From Mytilus trossulus (lineage: Eukaryota), in the NCBI RefSeq assembly GCF_036588685.1, contig NC_086380.1, forward strand, positions 33,658,313-33,722,312: a stretch of DNA of 64,000 bases, in the 5' to 3' direction. Below are positions 25,374 through 36,660 of the stretch, in pieces (the stretch's first letter is position 1; every line of letters begins with the position of its first letter). The notes beneath the pieces are model-generated. The model was not told the DNA's origin, did not search any database, and saw only the letters and a list, made by a program, of their open reading frames with translations. Position numbers and translations under genes: made by a program.

Positions 25374-25916
25374 TTTTTTTATCTCTTATAACTTTTACTT
25401 ATAGTATCCAAAATATAATCCTTATCACAAAATTTAAATATGAACAAATATCCATGAAAATAAGGTCAAGGTCAGAAGAACCTTGTTAGACAGACATGTG
25501 CACCATACAATCATTCCATCCATTAAAACATAAATAAACATGAAGAATTACCTTGTTTCAGAGAAACAAATACATAATCACAAAACTGAACATTAATCAC
25601 TGAACCAGGACTTGATTAGGCTAGGCATTCCCTCAGGATGGTAATAATGAATTGCTGTTTAAAGTCCTGTGGCAATTAAATGCATATTCAGGACAGGTTC
25701 GTGAATATTAAGCCTACTTTGTGCAATCCACAAATAGAGCAGCAGCAAATGCCATTTTTTAAATCATTGGTTTTAACATGCCAGGGGGTCCAACTTGAGA
25801 CCAACGCAATAACACAAGACCACTGATGTAATCTTTGTATGAAGGACATGTATACCTTTTTTATAATTTTATAATATACCAATATATAGTCAGCCATATT
25901 ACACATAAGGTTGCAA

Positions 25917-26190
25917 CCATTTGATTTTCTGGGGGGGGCTATGGTTTTTTTTTCCTGTGCAAACTTTTTTTTTCGCCTTTGGCGAAGAACAATTAATATA
26001 TATTTTTTAGCGACAAACCAAAAACACTTTTTTCTTTCAATTTTAGCATTACATAGTGGCAGCTGAGGGTGAAACCAAAATTTTTTTTTTCTCATGGTCC
26101 AAAACAAATTATTTTTTCACCAAAACCTGGAAACAAACTTTTTTTTTCCAAAAAAAACAATAGCCCCAGCCCCCCCCCCCCCACCCCTAA
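25917..26190. repeat. Low-complexity tract of T/A runs bounded by G8 and C-rich homopolymers
   Basis: gggggggg at 25917. Several t9-t11 runs. ccccagcccccccccccccacccc at about 26166-26190. The longest ORF in the window (25688-26107, 139 aa, K/F-rich) lies here and is spurious. Confidence 0.7.
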
Positions 26191-28660
26191 TTCTAATTTG
26201 GCTGTAAAATTAGAAAGATCATATCATAAGGAACATACATACTAAATTTCATGTTGATTGCACTTCAGCTTAAAAAAAACCTACCTTGACCAAAAACTTT
26301 AACCTGAAGCGGGACAGATGGACGAACGGTACGACAAACGGACGAACAGACCAGAAAACATAATGCCCCTCTACTATCATAGATGGGGCATAAAAACACC
26401 CTGGTTATTGAACCTGAAATATAGGGTAAAATGTATAATGAAACACCATGAGGCATCTGCATACAGATATGGAGCTATCGAGCCTCTTCTACAGTTTGCA
26501 TAATTATGATTTTACATAAATCCTTTTAGCATTATAGTCACCTATTAACAGCATTGGTAGCTATATGATGGTAATCAGCAAACACACTGATCAATTCTGT
26601 AAGGTAGTGCTTAATGCATCGTTTATTTTGGGTCTTATTCAAACCAGCAAAGAAATTACACAAAAAATTCTTAAAAAAGTTGAATGATGATGATCGACAC
26701 CTAATGGAAATATAAATCATCTGCATGTGTGTCATACTGTGGACCACAGAAATCTCTTCCCCCTTTACTTATCCAAATTCAAATGAAATGAGGCTGGTTT
26801 TTCAAATATATTTTATTTACCAATTATAATTATTATGATATATCACAATGATACAAAATATCCAAATGAAACCAAACACAATCTGCTTTTGTTAGATGTG
26901 TACGAATATCAAAAAACAAATTGATTCTAGGGATATGATTTTGGACACGTCTGTAAATTATCTCTACAATAAAAAGGAGGAAAAGGATCTGCATCATGGG
27001 TTTTGTATCATTAGCATAATATTACATTTATACAAAATAAATGTTGACATTACTGAGGATTCTATTTATTTTCCGGGTTGTTTTTATAATATTGTTTTGA
27101 ATACTAATTAGGGGGAGATAATCCTAATGTAATTTCCAATTAAATAAGCATTATGAATTAAATTAAATCATGTCTAATTTTTGATACATGTATTAAATTC
27201 TGTAAACAGAGTAATTATTCTTTGTTTAATAAAAAAAACCTTTTTATTGCTAACCAAACTTATAAAAGAATTCCATAAACAACAGAATCCTCAATTAGTG
27301 CCAACTTTTAAAAATGACATTAAAAAAACATTACAATTCTTAAACAAAGGAAATTAAAGCTATGTTTATGCTACAATAAAAAATACATGAATCAAATTAT
27401 TTTTTGAGAACAAACTCAACTTATTTACTGGGTTATAAAAAAACAAAATAGCAGAGACGTGGATTAAGAGGATTTTTCAGAGGGCCCCCTTCAGTGGGAA
27501 AAATTTGGTTTAATATTTAGGGAATCACTAAAACATGACTGGAGCAGGGCCCCACTGAAGCAGTCAGTGCCCCCCATATTCCTGGAAAATTTCTGGATCC
27601 ACCACTGACTAAATATCTTGATCTGTGCAAAAAATTATTAGATCACCAAGGATATGTTTAACAATTCATTTCATATTTTTAATCACATGCTGTTTTAAAA
27701 TAAAAAGTAAAGTTTATTTACTCACACCAAATTTCTAAGCATATTAATCTTTATTAAATATCCCCCCCCCCCCAAACCCCTTTCGGAGGAAAAATTTGGT
27801 TGATTGTACAGGAAATGACTGGTGTTGGGCCCCTTTATGTTAAGTTCTGGATTCGCAAACAGGTAAAGTGAGTAAGTGTATGATATGTTTGTTTATCCAT
27901 CTACAACTTTAACCCACAATTATCAAGATTAAATGGGACTTTCTCTAAACTTTCAAATAATCTTCAGTATCTGCCAACACTGTGTTCCATTGTTTTCACT
28001 TCAAAAAGGTTGGGAAAACCCAAAATTTCATTATAATAAATTAAAAAACATACTGCCTTTAGTACAGAAAATCAGGTGAAAGTTTCAATGAAAATCTACC
28101 AAGCTGTGGATGAGAGCTGATGATGGACAAACAAACAAACAATACATTAATCTTCTTTAACACCCCATTTCAAAGGCATATTTATGGGGATGTTTCCTCT
28201 CCCTGTTGCGGGAAAAATTTTGTTTAATCAATTGCGCTGGCCCCCTCTAAGAAAGTCCTTTAGGACCCCGCAAACTTTAAGTTTTAATGATTCATCAATT
28301 AAAAAACAATAATTGAATGCAAATGGAATACAAATAATATAAATAAAAAAATATCCAATTTGAAACTCAATACAGGAATAAAAACAATTTGTTTACAACT
28401 CATTCTGCCACAAGATTACTGTCTAAGGATTCTACTAAAAAAAGATAGTAACAGTTCAGCCACGGTTTGCAGGATATTGTCTGAAGATTGTACCACACAA
28501 GGCAGCAAAGGTGACACTTTCAACTGAAAAGAAATAAAGTCAAGTTTTAATTATTGTTTGATTTCGAATTAATTATTATTCTGGAATATAATAACATTTA
28601 ATGTGCAATTTTTCAAATAAAAAAAGAACCTGATATCACTGAATGTGAAATATAAAAAAT

Positions 28661-28800
28661 AGAAGATGTGGTATGATTGCCAATGAGACAACTCTCCACA
28701 AGAGACCAAATGATACAGAAATTTAAAACAACTTTAGACTGTATGACCGTCGACAATGAGCAATGCCCATAAACCATTATCAAGTCAACTATAAAAGATT
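28661..28800 (-). mobile_element. Partial MITE-family copy (3' half, reverse orientation)
   Basis: agaagatgtggtatgattgccaatgagacaactctccacaagagaccaaatgatacagaaatt...gaccgtcgacaatgagcaatgcccataaaccattatcaagtcaactataaaag is collinear with 40094-40240. Confidence 0.6.
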
Positions 28801-30640
28801 CCCAAAATGACATCTGTAAAACAATTCAATCAAGATAACTAATGGCCTCATTTATGTACAAAAAATGAACAAAAAACAAATATGTAACACATCAACATAC
28901 AACCCCAGAAACAGGCTCCTGAAGACAAAAATAAACTTTCCAAACTTTTCTGAGACTTAAGGTGGTACCTTACACTACAGGGAGATAACTCTGTAAAATC
29001 AGCTAAACGTTTTAATTACGTTGTGTTATTTAGGGAGGATTAAGCTTTTTAATGATCAAAAGTAGTGTTTGTAAAACTGCTATATAATCAGTGTAATTTA
29101 TCTGATAAAATAGTTCGTTCAACGTTTTTGAAATTTTTATATTTTTGTCAAAGGGTCAAAAGTAATACTTTGTCAAAATTTTATGAAAATATAAACGAGC
29201 CAAATTAATTTTAGTGAAAGTGTTGGGTACCACCTTAAAGGAGCACTAGCTACGATATATATAAAAAAATAAAGTTTATTTTTTTTTAGATTAATCAGTT
29301 ATTAAATTGGAATAATGAAATAATAATTTGCTTTTAGCAATCAATTTGCTTTAATTTTGTTGAAATAAGCGATTATACATAATTTTTGACTGATTCACTT
29401 GCAAGTGAAAACGTCATCATCATTCTAACCGGTATTCATGTGAACTTAATTTAACCCCCTAGCTAGAGACTGACAACGCATGCATTGTACGTGACCTGGT
29501 TATTTAAAGAAAAAAAATGTCAACAATGAAAGTGAAACTACGGTAAATCATTTGATTACTAGTTCGATCCACATAAATCATTCTTATACGGTTAAAACCA
29601 ATGAGAAACTTATATTTTTAATCTATAAATTCAAATCAAACAGACCTATAAAAATCCAATTGCACGTGCTGGTTTAACCTATTCATATCTTTATTTGTGT
29701 TTACATCGCTTATATGGTCATCTGAGGTCAAATCGATAGTTAATTAGATGGCGTCTGGATTTAAATACACACAAAACGAACCTACATATCATCTACCCCA
29801 TGCTCTGTAAACTGTTTATTTTAAACGTTTGATAGATTGGATACATGTTTTACATTGTTATTAATCAAATATGAGAATTTGAGTCAAATTGGTGACCATG
29901 AATTTGACAGCTAGTGCCCCTTTAACATCAATTTTCCATGAGTAATTATTTGAAATATTCAACATGATGAATGCAGAAGCTGCTGATAAATTCACTAAAC
30001 AAAAAGTTAAAATAATTGAATACGGTATGTTATTTGTTGTTTAGTTGACACTTGCAACTTTAAAAAATATATATAGATCATAATAATTGATTAAAAGTTC
30101 TCGAATAACATACAAAATTCTGTGAGAAAATAATTGGTATTCAAAATCAAACTAATGGTTATGTTTTCTGCTCTTTGTATGTTTTTTTTTATCTCTCCAA
30201 CTCATTCTCGATTGCTATTTTCAATTCTATTAAGTTTGCAATACAAAAATAAACTTGTACTTTATCATATAGTAAAGTATTTCAAACCTTTAAAAAAACA
30301 ATTGATATCAATTACTTTTAAATTATGAAAAAAACTAAAAGCTTGTATACCTACCATCATGTTAACAATATCAGATATTCAAGTCTTTAATACTCCCCAC
30401 ACCATGAAAACATTGTAATTTCAACAACCTGGAAAAAAATGTTTTTAAGATTAAATTGTACATAAGATTTTTTTTAAAAGTGTAACAAAATTATGCCTTG
30501 TCACATTTCTTATGAATTTGTCTTATACTATCATTTTCTGTATGTTAACTTGATACCTAAGGTACAAAACAATTCAATTGAATACAAGTTGTTGTTCACA
30601 TCCATTTGTATTTTTGTGCATCTGATGAGTTGAGCCTTTT

Positions 30641-32003
30641 TCAACTGATTTTTATAGTTCGTTCTTATGTTGTACTGTTATACCACTGTCCCAGGTTAGG
30701 GGGAGGGTTGGGATCCTGCTAACATGTTTAACCCCGCCACATTATTTATGTACATGCTTGTCCCAAGTCAGGAGCCTGTAATTGAGTGGTTGTCGTTTGT
30801 TTATGTGTTACATATTTGTTTTTCGTTCATTTTTTTTACATAAATAAGGCCGTTAGTTTTCTTGTTTGAATTGTTTTACATTGTCTTATCAGAACCTTTT
30901 ATAGTTGACTATGCAGTATGGGCTTTGCTCATTGTTGAAGGCTGTACAGTGACCTACATTTGTTAATGTCTGTGTCATTTTGGTCTTTTGTGGATAGTTG
31001 TCTCGGGCAGAATCAATTTGCGCCAATTGTAGTTTTGAAAAGGTATTAATTGCGCCACTATCTTTTATTTTGGTGGTATTAATTGCGCCACTAAATGAAA
31101 TGAAATTGCGCCACATTTACCTGTAAATAATTTTTACCTATATCATAAATGTATTATAATTTACCTTTCTACTTAAAATTTAACTGAACACTCGTCAAAT
31201 TTAAAAAAAAATGAATTGTTTAGTAATAGAATATTTTACACGAGTGAAGATGTCTGAAAAAGAAAAGCAACCGATATGTTGTCAAAACAACCTTCAAAAA
31301 ATAATAAATTCAGAGCTTTTCAAAATTGAAGAAAAAAATTTATAAAAGAAAGATTTAAAATATGTGCGTTAGTCAATGTATATAGAGAGAAGAAAACTCC
31401 ATTCGCCTCAACCTAAAAAACAAGCAGAATTTCACAGAATATTAGATGATATTGTGGTAATTGTTACAAACAAAGATGCTGACTTTGTATTGTTAACGAT
31501 CCAAAAAGCGGGCTAATTTTATAAGATGCGAGGCTAATTTAAAATTTATGTGTACAGTGTGTACAGAGGAAGTTTTTGCTGATGGTACCTAATACTACCT
31601 ATAAATGTTGTCAATAATATTTCAAACAACTTTATACTATACATGGCTTTAGAATAGACATTATATTCCCTTAGTAGTTTGTCTGTTGCCGTCAAAATCA
31701 GTAGCTTGTTACAAGAAAATGTTTTCCTTACTTGGTGAAAATTGCAAGAACTACCGTTCCCCAGGCCAGATAAAGGAAGAGGGAAGTCAATCATTTATAG
31801 TTGTTATAAATAAATAAAAATAAATAAAAATGGCGCAATTAGATGATTGTTTTATTGGCGCAAATGATACCTATAGTTTAGAAAATTAGGTGGCGCAAAA
31901 GAAGTATTGGCGCAATTAAGTTGTGGCGCAAATGAGTTACTTTTTGGCGCAAAAAGATATCGCCTGTTGTCTCAATGGCAATCATACCACATCTTCTTTT
32001 TAA
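30641..32003 (+). mobile_element. Dispersed MITE/SINE-like copy interrupted by a nested insertion
   Basis: The 5' part 30641-31004 ends ...tggatagttgtctc. The 3' part 31966-32003 reads gttgtctcaatggcaatcataccacatcttcttttt, the canonical terminus of the family. Confidence 0.65.
31005..31965. mobile_element. Nested non-autonomous DNA transposon (961 bp). 8-bp target-site duplication GTTGTCTC. Imperfect ~20-bp TIRs and multiple subterminal TGCGCCA repeats. hAT-like by duplication length.
   Basis: gttgtctc at 30997-31004 is duplicated at 31966-31973. The consensus host element has it once. Left subterminal a(a/t)ttgcgcca appears 4 times (31017-31117). Right subterminal (g/t)tggcgcaa appears 6 times (31831-31954). 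No internal ORF longer than 82 aa. Confidence 0.6.
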
Positions 32004-32099
32004 TGTGTTATAAAATTGTTCAGCATTGATGTAGATGTCCTCAAAATCAAACCCATTATAAACAAATAATTTAAAATGCCTATAATAATATGATCATTA

Positions 32100-33228
32100 G
32101 TTTTGTGGAATATTTCAACTCACCACACATCTTTTTCATGGTAAGGCCTCAGACTGGGTTGAAGATTTAATTGACCATCATCCTTAAGAGCTGCTATCCT
32201 AACCTGGAAGGTGGTTTATGTCCTCATCTTATTGTCTATTTGCTTTCAGAAATAACATTATGTAAAAATAAATATCAGATGCACTTTTTAAGTCTTTTGA
32301 AATTTCACCTAATCAATTGTAGTTACCCACAATTTCTCCCACCCTCCAAATCTATTATCTATAGCTAGAGCTCTGCTTACATTTTTTTTAATTTACAGAA
32401 CTCTAAATAAAAGTAATTTTAGCAAGTATACATCTGATATTTAAAGAAAATGTGTACAAAAGTGAATATTTTAATTAAAAAAGTTATATTCCATATAAAC
32501 ACTCAGGAAATTTCAAGTATAATGAGTATAACAAAGGAATTACCTCCCTTTTGTCCTGAAAATTTCACCCTGTTGAGACTCCACACCCTTTAAATATTTA
32601 ACAATACAAAATTTGTACAATTAAAATAAAGAAATAATAATATGTAAAAACTACAACACATTTCAATAAAGGGATGCGCTTTAGCACATGATACGGCCGT
32701 TGCTCTTTTAAGTTTCACCAAAACTGCATAAAATCCCCCTTTTTTAAGTATAAAAATTCATTACTTAAGAAAACGTAAAATCTAAAATTAATAAAAAGGG
32801 AAAGGGAGCTTATGTCAATAGATATAAACAATTCACCAAAGTTTCATAGACATTGGTGAAAGCCTTTTTGAGTTATTGTCCAGGTGTGAAAAATCCCCCT
32901 TTTTTATGAATAAAGCCCCATAAATTCAAAACTTAAAATCTGGAATTTATAACAATTAAAAGGGAGCAATAACAAAATGTATATAAAAATTCAGGAAACT
33001 AAAAAAAACCACTTTACATATTTTTTTTTAGATTCTCCATTCTAAACCAACTGGAGGCCTTTTGACTAGACAGACCATTATTAAGTTGACAAGTAAAATT
33101 TGTCTGCTCCATTTCATTTTCAAAGTAAAAATGAAATAGAGATACAGGGGGTGGGGGAATAACGAAGAAGATCTAACAATTGTAAATACAAGCTTCCAAT
33201 CTAATTGAAAATGGAGAATCTTTACACC

Positions 33229-33259
<31 letters not shown>

Positions 33260-33370
33260 AAAATTACATTTTTTGAAATATATACAAAAAAAATTTGAAT
33301 AACATTCTTCAGTTTTATCACATAATCATTGCTGCAGCCACAGCTTTCTGAAATAGAAATAAACATTCTT
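32100..33370 (+). repeat. About 1.3-kb dispersed segment with paralogues at 54030-55210 and 56650-57270
   Basis: Collinear blocks (ttcatggtaaggcctcagactgggttgaag...atcagatgcact...atttctcccaccc...ttacagaactct.aataa...aaaatttcacc.tgtt.agactccaca...ttagattctccatt...aatggagaatctttaca...gcagccacag) are read at all three loci. Confidence 0.7.
33229..33255. repeat. Poly(T)27
   Basis: Uninterrupted T run. The paralogous site at 54886-54900 has t10-t12 runs. Confidence 0.9.
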
Positions 33371-35454
33371 AAACATATTTGTCAAAACAAGATCAAACCG
33401 ATATACCGATTTATACAATTATTAGCAAAAAAGGATGATAAAATCAATGGTTGATGTGCATCATGTTTATTTTCCTTTATTAGTTGTATGAATTAATGCA
33501 TTGGTTTTCTAGTTTGAAACTGTTTCACATTTTGTTATGTTCAGGCAGGGCCTTTAAAACTGGTACTGTAAAACCAGAAATTATTGCATGCTATTCTTGT
33601 GATTTTTCAACAAATGGACAAATATGCAAGATAAATAATCCCAAGATTTCAGAAAAATCTGGCCTCAAAGTTTTGCATTAGAGATTAGATTTATAAATAC
33701 AAGTTCCTATTGTGATATTCAACCAGTTGCATTATTTACATTCATATAGGTTTTGCTCATTGCTGAAGGTCCTACAGTGATTGTAATTTGCTTCTCTTTA
33801 TATTGATAGTTGAGTAGTTGGCAATCTTATAACATCTCTTTATTCTTAAATACCCAATCCAGATTACCAGTATAATTAAAACTATTAATTTGGAAAATAT
33901 TTCAAAATACATGTGTTCATAAAAAAATACATGGTGAATTTAAAAGTTCATTAATCAATATTTTAGTTTCTTACCATAAAATTCAGCTCCAATGGCCGTT
34001 TCCCAGCTTCAATCCTTGCAGACAAGCTGTGGTGCTAACCTGAAATATAAAATACAAAATTGTTTTAAGGCGAAGTGTACGTAATTAAACTTTACAATGG
34101 ATTTTTTTTAAATTTCACATACGAATTCTGCTTGTAAAATTACACAATAAAATGAAATAAAAAAAGGGGGTAACTGTTTTCGTTTTTGAGATACGAGCCG
34201 TTGAAATTAACTACTCGATACACCAAAATTACAAAGGATATATAGGGAAAATCATCAAAATTAGCAGATATTTTTACATTATCAAAATTTTCTATTTTGT
34301 TGGACAATGGATTTTTTTCTTAAATTGATATACGATTTACAAATGAAAGACGAATCCATCGGTGCAAAGAAAGTCCTTGGCAACCGTATTATTTTTTTAT
34401 GCTACTCTCTGTTGAAGTTTAGTTTTTGGCCGGAACATTGAAATTATCTGGCGACGTCATTGTCTGCAGTAACGTCGCCACAACTTCTACGACGAAACTC
34501 TATTATACCGTACAATGCCGTAGCAATGGCGTTCGTGTGTATTACCCGTCTTCCTATGTATTACAAATGATCTTACGCTATAATTTGATAAGGAAATAAA
34601 CTAACTAATTTTAAAGAATATTTCTGTCGCAAAAGAAAATGCAAGTTTGTAAATTAATTTACCGCAAATGAAAGAAATTTGCCGTAGACTCTAATTTCAT
34701 CTTTTCTATATTAGAGTTATTTCCGAACCTTTTTCAATGATGGCATGGATTGTTTAATTCTTTTATGAATCAAATATCGAGTTTGAATTAGTCCCGGTTA
34801 ACACAGTGTTGTCAGAATGAATTGATCGGCTTTAATACTAAGATCTGGTATACACCTCATTTTCAATCTTACTTCTGTATGTTTGTATTTAAAAAAGTAG
34901 ACCTATTTTCTGCATATTTTCATGTTCGTCATTCTGCATGTTGTTGATCTGAGGATTTGCACACAATATAGTCTACATCATAAACCTATTTCATTAGTCA
35001 TGTTTACACACATGCTAAAGACACATCTCTGCCAAAACATATTTTATTTTACAAAATTTCCAATCCCTTTCCCTTTTCTTTAACTAAATGACAAAGAATG
35101 ATGTAATGTTTGCTGAATGAAGTTTCAGTAACATAAGAAAATATTTGTTTGTTCCATGCATTATTTGTTAAAAATCCACATTTAAGGATTTAAATTGATT
35201 GATTGATTGTTGGTTGCTTAACGTCCAGTGGCAAATATGTCATGCATGTTCAGGACGAGAACAATTTAATAATAAATACAATAGGAAGTTTTGTTCATAT
35301 AAACAGATGCCATCCGGGATGATGGTCTGAGAAATTTGGAGTGCCACTAGAAAATGAGACTACATGTATATTAGATAGGGACAGAAATTTTGCCGCATGC
35401 AACAGTCCACATATTCAACCCTTAAATTATAGTTGTTACAATGGTTTTTAACGG

Positions 35455-35635
35455 GCATAGAGTGTGGCACTCTCTTTACACGAGGCATCGGATTTAGTGT
35501 TCCCATTCTGACCGGACGTGACTGCGAGCTTAATAAATCCTGCACAGCCAAACGGATGCTCCTCTTCGGCAAATCTTTTACTGCCGGTCGGGAGAAGACC
35601 AAGCGACCATATTTCGTTACCCTAGTAACACGGAT
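35455..35635. other. GC-rich island of about 180 bp (about 50% GC against about 30% background) of unknown nature. Candidate small RNA, SINE fragment or exon.
   Basis: ggcatagagtgtggcactctctttacacgaggcatcggatttagtgttcccattctgaccggacgtgactgcgagcttaataaatcctgcacagccaaacggatgctcctcttcggcaaatcttttactgccggtcgggagaagaccaagcgacc. I compared it from memory with U1/U2/U4/U5/U6, 5S and 7SL and found no match. Confidence 0.25.
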
Positions 35636-36628
35636 TTAAACAATAAGCATAATGCATACTATGGTTCTTCAACTATTTTAGTTCTTATACATCCGTGGCT
35701 TTAAAATGTTCTGCCTTTAGTGTCCCTTATCTAGGTTAATCCAGAAAAGTGCTTCATTTCATTTTATCTTCTGAATTTTTTAGACCGCAATGAGTAAAAA
35801 GAAGGACCCGCTTATATATACATTTTTAAAAAAATTGAAAAGATCAGAGTATTTGGTATAACTACCAGTCGCAGATATTTCATACATGTATATTCAAAAT
35901 GAAAACCTTACACCTTATGTGATTCTTTTGAGATCGACGTACCTAGTCAGTGCAATAACGACCCCAACATACCCATGCAGTGTTATGAAATAATATTTGT
36001 GTAGGGGAATGCTTTAAATAGCGATGAATATAGAGTAACGCTTTAAATTAACTGGTGTAAAATTAATTATATAAGAATGCGACCTTATGAGAATTATCAT
36101 GTTCGATGCTTTAAAAATTTTATCTAATAAAATGTTACAAGAATGTTACACCACAGAGTAACTCAGTGTAATGCACGGAGATTATTCATACTGTATTGCT
36201 ACACAGGTTTACCTAACAAAGTGCAGTACGAATATAGCCTCTGCATAATGCAAATGCACGGCTTTCCTATTTATTTCATATAAAACAATAAGGAGATGTG
36301 GTATGACATCCAATGAGTCAACTACCTGCCACTGGTTAAATGAAGTCGATGTAAGCAATAACTATTAACAACCAAACTCTTTTCAACAATTAAAGGGACA
36401 AAAACATAATGTGTAGGCCACAAAAACACCGATATGAAAAATGCAAAAAATTTTCAACTAGACAATCAACAACCTAATTCATGAAAAAAAGAGTTACGAA
36501 AAACAAATACCATGTTGTGAAGTAACAGACTTGAACCAAATTGATAAACAAACCAGTATAAAACTATTAGTCCAATAATACAAATCTTTGGAGTTTGAAA
36601 TGTATATTCAACGATTTTTATCGGATAC

Positions 36629-36639
<11 letters not shown>

Positions 36640-36660
<21 letters not shown>
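36640..36660. repeat. Poly(G)21 preceded by poly(T)9
   Basis: tttttttttggggggggggggggggggggg. Confidence 0.9.

Noticed and set aside
25688-26107. Longest ORF in window (139 aa, minus strand)
   Set aside because: It spans a tract rich in T/A homopolymers. The product is K/F/R-rich low complexity with no recognisable domain.
35455-35635. snRNA, 5S or 7SL identity for the GC-rich island
   Set aside because: There is no resemblance to conserved U1/U2/U4/U5/U6, 5S or 7SL segments as recalled. It is left as unidentified.
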